Source: a bacterium | GTDB taxonomy: Bacteria; SAR324; NAC60-12 | Length of the DNA stretch: 64,000 nucleotides | Assembly: GCA_965205865.1 (NCBI GenBank) | Contig: CBDBHR010000027.1 | Coordinates: 170,923 to 234,922 of the forward strand | Direction: 5' to 3' | Part shown: positions 19,923 through 31,085 of the stretch, piece by piece | Layout: every line of letters begins with the position of its first letter | How positions within the stretch are numbered: the first letter of the stretch is position 1 | The notes under the pieces: generated by a model | What the model saw: the letters and a program-made list of their open reading frames with translations, nothing else | Database searches by the model: none | Told to the model about the DNA's origin: nothing | Program-made: the position numbers and the translations under genes

Positions 19923-22145
19923 TCAGTTGACTGTTCTATTCCCGGGTCCATCTTGCCCGGAAATCAAATTCAGTGGATGATCGCCGCCCAGTATCGCTTC
20001 GAGTTTGCGTGCGCAGGTTCCCAGGGATTGTTCTACAAGTAAAAAACTGGCAAATCCTTGTCCTTGGGCTGGGTCGGTCGTGAAAAGGAGACCTTGACTT
20101 ATTTTTTGAGGAGACGACGTCGTAAAAAGAGGAAAACGATCTTCCAGGTTCCTGGCAAAATCCGGAATATTGGCAAATCCTGCTGCTTGAATCTCCTTCG
20201 CAGTGAGGATTAACCATACGCCCACCCGACGTTGCTTCAGGTGTTTTGACAGTTCGAGAGACAATCGTCCCATGGAAAATCTGGGATTGATTTCCACGAT
20301 CGGTTTGCAACGCAAGAATGGCTTTCCCTTTCTTGCGTCCCGATAAACCAGCAAGTCCACTCCCACTGGTCCCGCATACCCTGCCTGCGCAATTGAGGGA
20401 CTGATGTGTTCAGCAATAGAACGAAGAAAGGAAGGAAGGGATTTGGGCTGATGACGATGGGGTTTATGATGCAGAAATTTGAGGAGTTGGATCTCCATCC
20501 CCACATCAAAACGACCTACCACCGATCCCCGGTACCTTCCCCTTTTGTCTGTAAAAAAGCGGGTAATCCCCGCAATGGAAAACTGTTCTTCAGATTGCAA
20601 ATCAATGTGAAAAGAAAGATCCAGCGCCTTATCCAACCATGGCTCCAGAACCACGCATTTTTGTTGTTCCAGAATTTTGTCGATTCGTCGTTTTTCCCGG
20701 GTGAGGCTATCTCGATTGAACAGCTGAATCATGTTCCGTCCCGAAGCGCCCCAAGCTCCTTTGAGAACCAAATGTTCAAATCCTTGATCTCTGAAAGCAT
20801 CGCTTTGTATTTGAAGGTCTTCAAAGCTGCTGGAAACCTTTCCAACTATCGCAGGATCACACCTCCAATGAGAGTCGGGTGGATCGAATTTCAATAAATC
20901 CGCCAATTGTGCCACACTCCAGGCTTTGGAAAAAATAGTCTTTAATCTCCCATTCCATACGGGAACGCATGGCGGGGGGGCTCCAGGGAGCAAATTGTGA
21001 AACAGGGGTTTGAGCAGATGCATACTTTCCGGACTCCATCCCCAAGGGCTTAGTTTAGCAATTTTTCTCTGATAGATCCCTGTTTTTTCAAGGAATGGCT
21101 TACCAGAATTGGAATACTCGACAAATTCAGGAAGCGTCAATCCGCTTCTTTTGAGTTTTGTCAGAAAAGCGGAGGTGGGCCTTTTCTCGACCAGGACAAC
21201 ATCTCCCTGTTTGCAAAAAAAAAGAGGAATTGCCGTAAAATCTTTTTGCAACTGACGGGCAGACTTGGTCAACGTCCTCCCAGGTTTACCCCGGGCGATC
21301 TCGGCTTCACAGGCAGGATTGAAAAAAAAGACGTTGGGAACCCTCCCTTTTGAATGAGAATACAGAGCCAATTCAGAAATGAAATTCTCGGAGAATCCCA
21401 CCTTTCTGCGGATCCGGACATCAAAACCAATACCTTTGGCCCGAGCCGGAGTCAGAGGAAAACGCAGGGCGTCTTTGTAAGAATTCCATTCGCTTTGTTC
21501 CGTTTCCTTCCACTGGTTGAACCATTGCAAGCCATGCCGTACGTGATTAATTTCGTCTCGAAGAACCTGCTCTAAAATATCCGCGGTTTCCATATCACCA
21601 ATTTGCCGGAAGATCCTCGCATAATATTGCGCGTAATCCAGGTTTGCTTGTTCAAATGTCAAACTCATGCCCACTACAAAGTCCTTGGGACTCTGCATGG
21701 GAGAAAGACACTTCCAGAAAAAATCATTGACCGGAATTTCACCAAATTCGACCTGAAAGCTACTCATACGAGCTTCATAAAGCTGCAAGTGCCGCTGTTC
21801 TTCCAGAAGAGTGTTGAGCAAACCCAATCTGAATCTTTCAGGGGCTTCCGGGAATTTGAGAAGCGCCAGTGCGATCAATTCCAAGGCCAAAAGCTCATGA
21901 TTCGCAAAGAAATGCAACACAATCCCCCGCTGTCTGATATCCTCCAATTTCCTGACATTGGGAAAAGGAATGCGTTTGTCCCGATGCCCTTTTTTCAAGG
22001 AAAGATCGGCTGGACGATCAGGAAAGGGGGGAAGGGGACTGCTTTGGTATCCAAGCGGACTATCTTCAAAGTGACCCGGACAAAATAGCTTTTCCGAGAG
22101 AGTCTTGCCTAAAAGGATCCTTTCGGCAAATTCCTGAATTTTCAT
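19923..22145 (-). CDS. Ferritin-like (DUF455) diiron domain fused to an ATP-grasp-like domain
   Basis: N-terminal HFFANHELLALE, EEQRH, FEQANLD, DEINHV (ExxH pairs); C-terminal KGAWGASGR, LEPWL, GPVGVD, VEINPR. Confidence 0.7.
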   Translation of the reverse strand: MKIQEFAERILLGKTLSEKLFCPGHFEDSPLGYQSSPLPPFPDRPADLSLKKGHRDKRIPFPNVRKLEDIRQRGIVLHFFANHELLALELIALALLKFPEAPERFRLGLLNTLLEEQRHLQLYEARMSSFQVEFGEIPVNDFFWKCLSPMQSPKDFVVGMSLTFEQANLDYAQYYARIFRQIGDMETADILEQVLRDEINHVRHGLQWFNQWKETEQSEWNSYKDALRFPLTPARAKGIGFDVRIRRKVGFSENFISELALYSHSKGRVPNVFFFNPACEAEIARGKPGRTLTKSARQLQKDFTAIPLFFCKQGDVVLVEKRPTSAFLTKLKRSGLTLPEFVEYSNSGKPFLEKTGIYQRKIAKLSPWGWSPESMHLLKPLFHNLLPGAPPPCVPVWNGRLKTIFSKAWSVAQLADLLKFDPPDSHWRCDPAIVGKVSSSFEDLQIQSDAFRDQGFEHLVLKGAWGASGRNMIQLFNRDSLTREKRRIDKILEQQKCVVLEPWLDKALDLSFHIDLQSEEQFSIAGITRFFTDKRGRYRGSVVGRFDVGMEIQLLKFLHHKPHRHQPKSLPSFLRSIAEHISPSIAQAGYAGPVGVDLLVYRDARKGKPFLRCKPIVEINPRFSMGRLSLELSKHLKQRRVGVWLILTAKEIQAAGFANIPDFARNLEDRFPLFTTSSPQKISQGLLFTTDPAQGQGFASFLLVEQSLGTCARKLEAILGGDHPLNLISGQDGPGNRTVN

Positions 22146-22170
22146 GATTTGATTCAGTGGTGCCCGGACT

Positions 22171-23673
22171 TCAAGTCTTCCAATTGTTGACGAAATCTAT
22201 CAATAACCGCACTCCCACTCCGGTTGCTCCGGAATTTGGCAAATAATCGATCCCTTTCACGTTCCATGCGGTTCCCGCAATGTCCAAATGGACCCAAGGC
22301 GTCTTTTCCACGAAGTTTTTCAAAAACAATCCAGCCGTGATGACACCTGCTGCCGGTCCGCCGATATTTTGTAAATCTCCATATTTCCCCTTGATCGCTT
22401 CTTCATATTCGGAGAAATTGGGCAACGGCCAGATCCGGTCTCCACTGGATTTTCCTGCGGCAACCACTTTCTGGCAAAGCGCTTCATCATTGCTGATAGC
22501 GCCTGAAGCATAAGATCCCAATGCCACAACACAGGCGCCGGTTAAAGTTGCCAAATCAATCATAGCGCTTGGTTTGAATTTTCGGGCCGCGTAGGTTAGC
22601 GCATCCCCCAAAATCAATCGCCCTTCCGCATCCGTATTGAGTATCTCCACCTGATTCCCCGCATAGGACTTGACGATGTCTCCGGGACGTTGGGCCTGAC
22701 CACCAGGTAGATTTTCAGAGGTCGGCACCACCCCGATGACATTGAAATTGGGCTGCAAACTGCCAACTGCCTTCATCGCGCCCAATACCGCAGCTGCGCC
22801 ACACATGTCAAACTTCATCTCATCCATATTTTTGCCGGGTTTGAGAGAAATTCCCCCTGAGTCGAAAGTGATACCCTTGCCTACAAAGGCGATCGTATCG
22901 CGAGCGTTTTTCCGCTGGTACTCCAGAATGATCAGTTTCGCCGGCTCGCTGGAACCTTTGCTCACGCCGAGCAGCATACGCATACCAAGCTTGGCCATGT
23001 CCTCTTCTTCAAGCACGGTGATCGCTAAATTGTGTTCCTGAGCCACCTCCTGCGCCTGTTTAACCATGGCGGTCGGGGTGAGATCGTTAGGAGGGATGTT
23101 GCCCAACGTCCTGGCAAAATTCGTGGCCTCTGCGCGGATTTGACCCGCTTGCACCGCTTTTTTACCGGAATTTTTCAGCGGATCGTAAATCGTGACGTTC
23201 GCGGCTTTTACTTGTTTCTCCTGCTGATCCTGGCTTTTATATGCTTTGAATTCATAACACCCCAAAGCAAGCCCTTCTGCAAAAGCCGTACCTGCAAAAA
23301 ATTTGAGCGTCTTTTTCAAAAAAGATGGAAGCTGAAGACTGAGTTTGCTCAGTTTCAATTCCAGTAATTTTTTACCGACTTTTCCTCCGGCACGTCTCAA
23401 CCTTTCCTGATCGATTTCTGCCTTTGGTCCCAATCCAACCAGCAATATGCGGGGAATACTGGCGGAACTGGATATCAATAATTGCGTTTCTCCTATTTTC
23501 CCGGAAAAATCACCCAAATCGAGCAATTGCTGGATCGTACTACGAGTTGGCCCCGGCAATTGATTCAGCTCGCGTATGATATCCGCACTTTTTTCTTTGG
23601 GAAAAAAAACTATCAAACACTCGGTGCTGGCTTTATTTATCGACTGAGCCCTGTATTCAAATGTAATTTCCAT
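22171..23673 (-). CDS. pepA: Leucyl aminopeptidase (M17)
   Basis: GKGITFDSGG, MKFDM, NTDAEGRL, ATLTGA, HLDIAG. Confidence 0.96.
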   Translation of the reverse strand: MEITFEYRAQSINKASTECLIVFFPKEKSADIIRELNQLPGPTRSTIQQLLDLGDFSGKIGETQLLISSSASIPRILLVGLGPKAEIDQERLRRAGGKVGKKLLELKLSKLSLQLPSFLKKTLKFFAGTAFAEGLALGCYEFKAYKSQDQQEKQVKAANVTIYDPLKNSGKKAVQAGQIRAEATNFARTLGNIPPNDLTPTAMVKQAQEVAQEHNLAITVLEEEDMAKLGMRMLLGVSKGSSEPAKLIILEYQRKNARDTIAFVGKGITFDSGGISLKPGKNMDEMKFDMCGAAAVLGAMKAVGSLQPNFNVIGVVPTSENLPGGQAQRPGDIVKSYAGNQVEILNTDAEGRLILGDALTYAARKFKPSAMIDLATLTGACVVALGSYASGAISNDEALCQKVVAAGKSSGDRIWPLPNFSEYEEAIKGKYGDLQNIGGPAAGVITAGLFLKNFVEKTPWVHLDIAGTAWNVKGIDYLPNSGATGVGVRLLIDFVNNWKT

Positions 23674-23835
23674 AGAGTCCTTTTATTATACTGATTTGAA
23701 GCTGGATCTCTGCAATGACGAGTTTTTAATCATCTCAAAGTAAAAACGATATACTGGATTGCTTTCCACAGACAAGGCGAAAATCTTGATTCTCCCCTTT
23801 CCGCTGGACCTTTTCCAGGCGCCAGACAGGACTTG

Positions 23836-24537
23836 TTAATCTGCCACTTCAAGAGCGAGTTCAATCATGGGTGTCAAGACGCTTTGACGCGCTTCGGATG
23901 TTTCTTCTTCCTGGGTGATCAAGTTGTCACTGACAGTCAGAATGGTCAGGGCGTTTACCTTGAATTTGGCTGCCAGAGTATAAAGAGCCGCCGTTTCCAT
24001 TTCAATTGCCAGAACCCCATATGCGGCCCAGGTTTTCCAGTGTTCCGGATCGTCATGATAAAACCAGTCGCTGCTCAGGATATTGCCCACTTTGACATCG
24101 ATTCCTTTTTGTGAGGCAATGGCAACTGCTTTTTTTAAGAGATGAAAACTGGCAGTAGGCGCAAAGTTCCCTCCGGGAAAACGAAGGTTGTTCATGTTGG
24201 AGTCCGTCGAAGCAGTCATGGCCAGCAATAAATCTCTCAATTGAATATCCGCATGGATCGCTCCACAGGTGCCGACCCGAATTAAATTCGACACCCCATA
24301 GGAAGCAATGAGTTCATGGACATAGATGGAATGGGAAGGCAGCCCCATGCCAGTTCCTTGTACGGAAACTTTTTTCCCTTTATAGCTGCCGGTGAAACCA
24401 TACATTCCCCGCACTTTATTGTAACACACGGCATTTTCCAGCATCGTCTCTGCCACATGCCTGGCTCTCAAAGGATCTCCTGGCAGCAAGACGGTTCGGG
24501 CAATATCTCCGGGTTTTGCGCCAATGTGAATACTCAT
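23836..24537 (-). CDS. deoD: Purine nucleoside phosphorylase
   Basis: [27 protein letters not shown]. Confidence 0.95.
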   Translation of the reverse strand: MSIHIGAKPGDIARTVLLPGDPLRARHVAETMLENAVCYNKVRGMYGFTGSYKGKKVSVQGTGMGLPSHSIYVHELIASYGVSNLIRVGTCGAIHADIQLRDLLLAMTASTDSNMNNLRFPGGNFAPTASFHLLKKAVAIASQKGIDVKVGNILSSDWFYHDDPEHWKTWAAYGVLAIEMETAALYTLAAKFKVNALTILTVSDNLITQEEETSEARQSVLTPMIELALEVAD

Positions 24538-24710
24538 CTTCCGAACTTTCTGATTTCTCAAAATAATCATTGATACAAACTATATCCAAGTTTCTCTTCG
24601 AAGCGTTGCCTAATCATCACAAGTGCGATAAATTGAGAAAAAATATAAAGGAGACTTTGGGGAATGGCAAGTGGATTGTCGACTGCGCATTTATTGAGGA
24701 TGAGGCTTTT

Positions 24711-25625
24711 ATGAAAATCATGGTAACCGGTTCTTCCGGGCTGGTTGGATCACGGTTGGTATCTTTTCTTTCTGAAAATGCGCACTCGGTTTTTTGTCTG
24801 GTTCGCACTTCCGAAAACAAGAACTCCAACGGTATTTACTGGAACCCTGCTCAAGGAAAACTGCAAGCGAATCTCTTGGAAGGCCTTGACGCAGTTGTCC
24901 ATTTAGCGGGCGAAAATATCTCCAGCGGACGTTGGTCAACTGCTAAAAAGGCTCGTATTTTAAACAGCCGGATACAGAGCACTCAACTTCTATGTAAAAC
25001 TCTGGCCACTTTGAAACAACCGCCCCATACGCTGATTTCAGCCTCTGCAATGGGTTATTATGGTCATCGAGAGGAGGAAGTCCTCGAGGAAAACAGTCTT
25101 GCCGGCAGCGGTTTTCTCGCTGAAGTTACAAAACAATGGGAAACTGCAACCACGGCAGGTCGGCAGGCTGGTATTCGTGTGGTCTTATTGCGCTTTGGTA
25201 TGATTCTCAGCACGGATGGCGGCGCTCTGAAAAAAATGCTGACGCCGTTTCGATGGGGGTTGGGAGGACGAATCGGAGAAGGTGGGCAGTATATCAGTTG
25301 GGTTATGCTGGAAGACGTGATGTCTGTGATTACCCATGCTTTGCAAACAAAACGACTTCAAGGGCCGCTCAACGTTTGCGCGCCGTACCCTGTCACCAAC
25401 CTGGAATTCACGAAATCCCTGGGCCGGGTGCTTGCCCGTCCGACAATTTTTCCCATCCCTTCTTCCCTGTTACGACTGGCTCTGGGGGAGATGGCAAACG
25501 AGCTTCTGCTTGCTAGTATCCGTATGCAGCCAAAACGCCTGCTTGAAAGTGGTTATCACTTCCAATATCCGCGCCTCGAGGCTGCCTTGAATAAGTTGTT
25601 AAATGATTCTGAACCCATGGATTGA
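24711..25625 (+). CDS. TIGR01777-family NAD-dependent epimerase/oxidoreductase (YfcH-like)
   Basis: VTGSSGLVG, HLAGENI, SASAMGYYG, GLGGRIGEGGQYISW. Confidence 0.88.
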   Translation: MKIMVTGSSGLVGSRLVSFLSENAHSVFCLVRTSENKNSNGIYWNPAQGKLQANLLEGLDAVVHLAGENISSGRWSTAKKARILNSRIQSTQLLCKTLATLKQPPHTLISASAMGYYGHREEEVLEENSLAGSGFLAEVTKQWETATTAGRQAGIRVVLLRFGMILSTDGGALKKMLTPFRWGLGGRIGEGGQYISWVMLEDVMSVITHALQTKRLQGPLNVCAPYPVTNLEFTKSLGRVLARPTIFPIPSSLLRLALGEMANELLLASIRMQPKRLLESGYHFQYPRLEAALNKLLNDSEPMD

Positions 25626-25634
25626 GGATTCACA

Positions 25635-26816
25635 ATGGACGGGACCATTCGAGTTGTGCCGGGCTTTTCCTGGTTTGGAAAAAATATAGGAATCAAGGAC
25701 GACACCCTGGATTTTGGGGGAATCTTGTCCTCGAAACCTTGTCAGGCAGCAGGCGTATTCACCCGCAATTCCATGCCGGGAGCTCCCATTCTTGTGGGGA
25801 AAGAAAATCTTGTTGATGGCCTCCTGCAGGCAATCATCGTCAATTCTAAAAATGCCAATGTGGCCACAGGCGCGCGAGGTATCCGGGACTCCAGGACCCT
25901 GTGCCAATGGGTGGCGGAGATTTTTGATATCGCCCCACAATTGGTTCTTCCCTCTTCGACCGGAGTGATTGGCCAATATCTGGTCATGGAAACATTCAAG
26001 AACGCCTGTCATACCTTGCCTTCGGATTTCGGGCAAACCCCGCAACACGTTGAAGACTTTGCCCGCAGCATCATGACCACCGATACCCGGCCTAAATGGG
26101 CAAGCGCCACCATCAATGGCGCGACCCTGCTCGGAGTGGCCAAAGGGGCTGGTATGATTGAACCGAATATGGCTACCATGTTGTGTTATTTTATGACGGA
26201 CGCCGGTATCGAGGCATCTCTCCTGCAGCCAATGCTGCAAAATGTCGTCAACCACTCTTTCAATCGCATTTCCGTGGATTCGGATATGTCCACCAGTGAC
26301 ACGGTCGTGATTTTGTCGAATGGACGGGCCGGCAATGTCGATGCGGAACAATTTGAATCAGTTTTGGCGGACTTGGCCATTTTCCTGGCAAAAGAACTGG
26401 TACGCGATGGGGAAGGAGTGAGCAAATTGATCGAATTGACGGTTTCCGGCGCCGCCACTGCTGAGCAGGCGCTGTTGACGGCAAAGTCCGTGATCAATTC
26501 GCCTTTGGTCAAAACCGCAATTTATGGCGCAGACCCGAATTGGGGACGTTTCGTAATGGCAATTGGAAAAGTCTTCCAATATTCGGTGTTGTTGGAAGAT
26601 TTGAAAATCTTCTTTGGAACCGGCACTCAACGGCTCAGTATCGATGCGCAAATAATCAACGAAGATGCCGTTCCTTTGCCCGAAATTTCGGAAATCCTCA
26701 AACAAGAAGAAATCCACATCGAAGTCGTCCTGGGCCATGGGCCTCATTCAGAAAGAGTGTGGGGTTGTGACCTGACGGAAGGATATATAGAAGAAAATGC
26801 CTGCTACACGACTTGA
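25635..26816 (+). CDS. argJ: Ornithine acetyltransferase/N-acetylglutamate synthase
   Basis: SSTGVIG, IMTTDT, KGAGMIEPNMATML, DGEG, DPNWGR. Confidence 0.95.
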   Translation: MDGTIRVVPGFSWFGKNIGIKDDTLDFGGILSSKPCQAAGVFTRNSMPGAPILVGKENLVDGLLQAIIVNSKNANVATGARGIRDSRTLCQWVAEIFDIAPQLVLPSSTGVIGQYLVMETFKNACHTLPSDFGQTPQHVEDFARSIMTTDTRPKWASATINGATLLGVAKGAGMIEPNMATMLCYFMTDAGIEASLLQPMLQNVVNHSFNRISVDSDMSTSDTVVILSNGRAGNVDAEQFESVLADLAIFLAKELVRDGEGVSKLIELTVSGAATAEQALLTAKSVINSPLVKTAIYGADPNWGRFVMAIGKVFQYSVLLEDLKIFFGTGTQRLSIDAQIINEDAVPLPEISEILKQEEIHIEVVLGHGPHSERVWGCDLTEGYIEENACYTT

Positions 26817-27007
26817 ACTACCCTTTCAGCCGCTAAACTGGCGATCGGGAAAGTTTGCCATCTCGATTGCCTTGCTGCCGCTAAAGTTATTCCGGTGTAT
26901 TTCATTTTGAGATTCAATGCTACAATGCCTGTCAAAACTCCTGTCATGCTCTATTGACAGATCCGGTCTGCATTTCCGGCAGATTCCCTCATCCAATAAA
27001 GGTCTCT

Positions 27008-27568
27008 ATGCGTGCCCTAATCCTTGCCAGCCTCTTAGTCTGTTGTTTCTCGCTTTCCTGGCCCTTGTGCGGACAGGCCGATCAGAATGATCCGGAACTG
27101 GTTTTCCTTTTTGAGCGATTGCATGCCATTCCAGGAAGATTTGAAACCCGCAGAATCGAATCGAGAATTTGGGAAATCTGGATCGAGCATGAACACGGGG
27201 AGGTGAACAAACTGATGCGTCAAGGCATACGGGCCATGCGCATCCGTCATTATCGAAATGCATTGTTTTTTTTCGACAAAATCGTCAGATTGTTTCCCGA
27301 ATTTGCGGAAGGCTGGAACAAGCGTGCCACCGTGCATTATCTCCTGCAAAACTATGAAGCTTCGCTTGCTGATATTGAACGCACTCTGGCATTGGAACCT
27401 CGACACTTTGGCGCGATTTCCGGATTGGGACTGGTCTATATGGCTCAAGAAAAATATGTGGATGCCTTGCAAGCATATGAAGACGTCCTCAAAGTCCATC
27501 CCACTGAAGAAGGCGCAAAAATCAATAGTGCCAGGTTGCGGGTGTTTCTCGAGAAACAGATACTTTGA
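27008..27568 (+). CDS. Exported tetratricopeptide-repeat protein
   Basis: AEGWNKRA, LEPRHFGAISGLG TPR units; signal peptide. Confidence 0.8.
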   Translation: MRALILASLLVCCFSLSWPLCGQADQNDPELVFLFERLHAIPGRFETRRIESRIWEIWIEHEHGEVNKLMRQGIRAMRIRHYRNALFFFDKIVRLFPEFAEGWNKRATVHYLLQNYEASLADIERTLALEPRHFGAISGLGLVYMAQEKYVDALQAYEDVLKVHPTEEGAKINSARLRVFLEKQIL

Positions 27569-27600
27569 ATTTTATCAAAAGGAACGGTAATAAATCATGA

Positions 27601-28053
27601 ATGACATTAAGAGAAAATGCGATAAAGGGAATTCAACAGGAACGTTGCGGACTCTCTCCCGGGAACAGCGGCTCCAATGGGCCGCGCCTTCCCACACCAC
27701 GGGAACGACCCGGTGATTGCCGCTGGAGCATTGTTGAGGATTCTCCCTTCAACCGCAGAATAACAGCGGATACTCCCATGGAAATCACCGGTCCGGCACG
27801 CGGACACGATTTGTTGAAAACCGCCGCCGATCCATCAGGAACTCATTCTCTGGGAACTTGGAACAATTGTGGAAACGGTCGCACCCCTTGGGGTACTTAT
27901 CTGACTTGTGAAGAGAATTTCAATTGTTATTTTTCAAGCAGTGATCCCGACCTCGCACTGTCACCGTCAATGAAGCGTTACGGCATCGGCATTGAAGACC
28001 GGGGCTACGCCTGGGCTACCACTGATGAACGATTTGAAGAAGAGAGAACTTAA
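27601..28053 (+). pseudogene. PhoX (DUF839) alkaline phosphatase fragment
   Basis: SPFNRRITA, GTWNNCGNGRTPWGTYLTCEENF are PhoX motifs, but only about 110 aa of a normally about 600-aa protein remain. Confidence 0.75.
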
Positions 28054-28292
28054 AGGTCTTTTCGATGTTTGTCGCAGGTAAGGGATTCATGCGTTTTCTT
28101 TGTCGGGCTTTGTCTTTGCCGTTTTTTAAGTAGAAAATCTTCTGAGATTGTCGTCCATAAAAATTGTTGTGACACATTCGAAGTTGACTTTTAAAGGGCA
28201 AGGAATTAACTTACGTTCATTTAAAAAGTTCCGATCTTCATAAGAGTTAATTTGTTGGGACTGATTTTTTCAATTTTAGTTGGAGAAACAAT

Positions 28293-29972
28293 ATGAGCCA
28301 CGACCTTGTTGTCAGGGGCGGCACCGTCGTTGACGGTACGGGAACAGAACCTTTTCTTGCCGATGTTGCGATCGAGGGTGACCAGATTGTCGAAATCGGC
28401 AAAGTCGGCGGGAAAGGCAAACGGGAAATTGAAGCCGGCGGTCTTACCGTATCACCGGGTTTCATTGATTTGCACACGCATCTCGACGCGCAGATCGGCT
28501 GGGACCCTCAAGTCACCTCGGTGAGCTGGCATGGCGTCACCACTGCCCTGCTCGGCAACTGTGGGGTTACCTTTGCTCCGTGCAAAGCCTCCGACCGCGA
28601 ATTCCTGGCTGAAATGATGGAAGCCGTTGAAGACATTCCAAAAAATGCAATTCTACACGGGCTGCCCTGGACCTGGGAGTCCTATGGCGGCTATTTGGAA
28701 GCGCTTGAAGCGCTGAAACCTTCGATCAACATCTGCGGGTTGGTGGGCCACTGCGCAATACGCTTTTACGTGATGGGTGAGCGCTCAGTTGAAGAACCTG
28801 CGACGGAAGAGGAGATTCGCCGGATTGCCGAATTGGCAGGACAATCCGTACAAGAAGGCGCGGTCGGTTTTTCCACCAATCGCTATCCCCCGCATCGTTT
28901 GCCAGACGGCCGTTCTATCCCGGGTACTTTTGCCGGGCGTGATGAACTGCGTGCCGTTGCAAAAGAAGTGGGCGCTCACGGGGGTATCATGCAAACCGTA
29001 TCCAACTTCGGCGATTTTGAAGCTGAAATGGATCTCATAGCCGATGAAGCTCGTATGGCGCGGGGGGTATTGTTCAGTTCCGCGCTCGAGTTGGGTTATG
29101 AACGCCTCAACGAACGTGTGATGGCGTTGCGGGCCCAGGGTCTCAATATCACATCCATCACGCCACCCCGTAGTGGAGGCTTCGTTACCGGTCTCTCGAC
29201 GAAAAATTTCTTTCGCACACCCGCGTGGAACAAGCTTAGAGAACTCGATTTTGAGGAACGTTTGCAAGCAATTCGTGATCCCGAAAACCGCCAGTGTTTG
29301 CTGGAGGAGGCAAAAGCGCAGGAAGCGGAAGGGAACGAAGTGTTTTCGGCATCCATATTACAGCATGGCTTCTATATGGGCAATGCCGCTCGGCCGTGCT
29401 ACACCGGTGACCGCTCGCAAAGCTTGTTCGCATTGGCGGAAGCTGCTGGCGAACACCCTGTGGAAACGTGGCTGCGTATCAGCGATGAAACGAACGGGAA
29501 AGCGCTGTTTCACATACGCCTCTTTAACAAAGACCTGGACATGCTTCCCGAATTGATTACCAGTGATTGGGCAATGCCGGGTCTTGGTGATGCGGGCGCT
29601 CATGTCAGCCAGATGATCGACGCCGGTTGGGCTACGTTTGTTCTCTCACACTGGCATCGAGATGTTGGCCTTTACACGATCAAGGAAGCAATTCGACGGA
29701 TCAGCGCCATTCCGGCCAATGTCTTGGGTCTCGACGACCGCGGCACTTTAGCGGTTGGAAAGCGTGCCGACATCAACGTCATTGATATCGACCGGGTTGA
29801 AGAACGCATGCCGGAAATTGTCTACGACTTCCCCTTTGGGGCGCCACGTTTCATCCAACACGCAGTTGGATACAAAGCGACCGTATGCAATGGTCGGGTC
29901 GTGCTGCTTGACGATGAATTGACAGGCGAACGCGCGGGGCGCGTATTGCGCAACAATGGAGGTCAGCTATAA
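28293..29972 (+). CDS. N-acyl-D-amino-acid deacylase family amidohydrolase
   Basis: VVDGTG, PGFIDLHTHLD, GNCG, DAGAH, DRGTLAVGKRAD. Confidence 0.85.
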   Translation: MSHDLVVRGGTVVDGTGTEPFLADVAIEGDQIVEIGKVGGKGKREIEAGGLTVSPGFIDLHTHLDAQIGWDPQVTSVSWHGVTTALLGNCGVTFAPCKASDREFLAEMMEAVEDIPKNAILHGLPWTWESYGGYLEALEALKPSINICGLVGHCAIRFYVMGERSVEEPATEEEIRRIAELAGQSVQEGAVGFSTNRYPPHRLPDGRSIPGTFAGRDELRAVAKEVGAHGGIMQTVSNFGDFEAEMDLIADEARMARGVLFSSALELGYERLNERVMALRAQGLNITSITPPRSGGFVTGLSTKNFFRTPAWNKLRELDFEERLQAIRDPENRQCLLEEAKAQEAEGNEVFSASILQHGFYMGNAARPCYTGDRSQSLFALAEAAGEHPVETWLRISDETNGKALFHIRLFNKDLDMLPELITSDWAMPGLGDAGAHVSQMIDAGWATFVLSHWHRDVGLYTIKEAIRRISAIPANVLGLDDRGTLAVGKRADINVIDIDRVEERMPEIVYDFPFGAPRFIQHAVGYKATVCNGRVVLLDDELTGERAGRVLRNNGGQL

Positions 29973-30223
29973 AAAATCTTTAGCGGTACATCTTCGGCAT
30001 GAGCCAAAAAATGAGGAGTTCTAATCGCTCTTGCCCTCATTGCTCTCGTTCTTTTTCAAAGAGTTGACATGCTTCTTGAAGTGCCTCGAGGTGGGGAGTC
30101 GATGAAAGGGAATCAATATATTATTGAACTTTCGAGAGCATAAAATCCTTTCCGGACTTTATGCCGCGCAAAATCCGTGCTTGAATCGAAGAGGTCTCTA
30201 AAGAAAGCGGAACTACCTCGACA

Positions 30224-31027
30224 TCAGGAAAATAGCAGGGCTGAGCCGCAGGTCAGGCAGACCATGATGAATAGCACCCACTTTATGACCTTCTGACTCA
30301 CATTCAGCGCGAACCTCACGCTGGAGAGCGCGCCCAACGTCATACCGATAGCTAAAACTATGGCTGGAACCCAATCCACGTGATTTGTGCTAATGAACAC
30401 CAACAACGCCGCAACGCTAAACAATGCCGTGCACACTACTTTCAAGGCGTTGGCGCGTACCAGATCGTAGCGAAGTCCCGCCGCCAGTGCCGCAATCAGA
30501 ATGAACCCCACTCCAGCCTGGGCGAATCCTCCGTACAACCCGGCGCCAAACAGCATCAGAAACCCGATCGGACGCTCTTTAAGGCTGTAAGCATGGACCC
30601 CTTCCGGCGGCGCCATCACATCCGGGAACACGAGCATGGACAACGCTATCGCAATCATAGTGCCCAGCAGAAATGGTTTGAGGGTGTCGGGTGGCAGCCA
30701 AATTGAAACCAAAGCGCCCAGCACTGCGCCCAAAACCGTAGGTAAAAGCATCGGCAGGATTGCTCTCTTGTCCAGCTTCCCGGATTTGTTGAAACCTCTT
30801 ACGCCCGTAAGAGACTGCTGTAAGATTCCAACTCTGTTCGTTCCGTTTGCGTAGTCGGCCGGCATCCCGAGCAGCATCAGTGCCGGCACCGTAATCATCG
30901 ACCCACCGCCGGCGATGGTGTTGATGAAACCTCCAAGAATTCCGGCAAAAACCAGTACCGCCGCCTTCCACCAAGTCAGGTCGATCTCCGCAGCAGTCAA
31001 CCACTCTGGCAACAAATCCATTCTCAC
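30224..31027 (-). CDS. TauE/SafE (TSUP) family membrane transporter
   Basis: GFINTIAGGGS, ANGTNR, YGGFAQAGVG; multiple TMs. Confidence 0.88.
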   Translation of the reverse strand: MRMDLLPEWLTAAEIDLTWWKAAVLVFAGILGGFINTIAGGGSMITVPALMLLGMPADYANGTNRVGILQQSLTGVRGFNKSGKLDKRAILPMLLPTVLGAVLGALVSIWLPPDTLKPFLLGTMIAIALSMLVFPDVMAPPEGVHAYSLKERPIGFLMLFGAGLYGGFAQAGVGFILIAALAAGLRYDLVRANALKVVCTALFSVAALLVFISTNHVDWVPAIVLAIGMTLGALSSVRFALNVSQKVIKWVLFIMVCLTCGSALLFS

Positions 31028-31085
31028 TCCTGAACGCTACTTAGGAACAAACCTTAAATAACCTGTAATTCTTCCAATGGTGTGA

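Noticed and set aside
23836-24537. deoD or ahcY as inosine-handling partners of the CRISPR deaminase
   Set aside because: They are ordinary housekeeping genes more than 15 kb away with no operon link.
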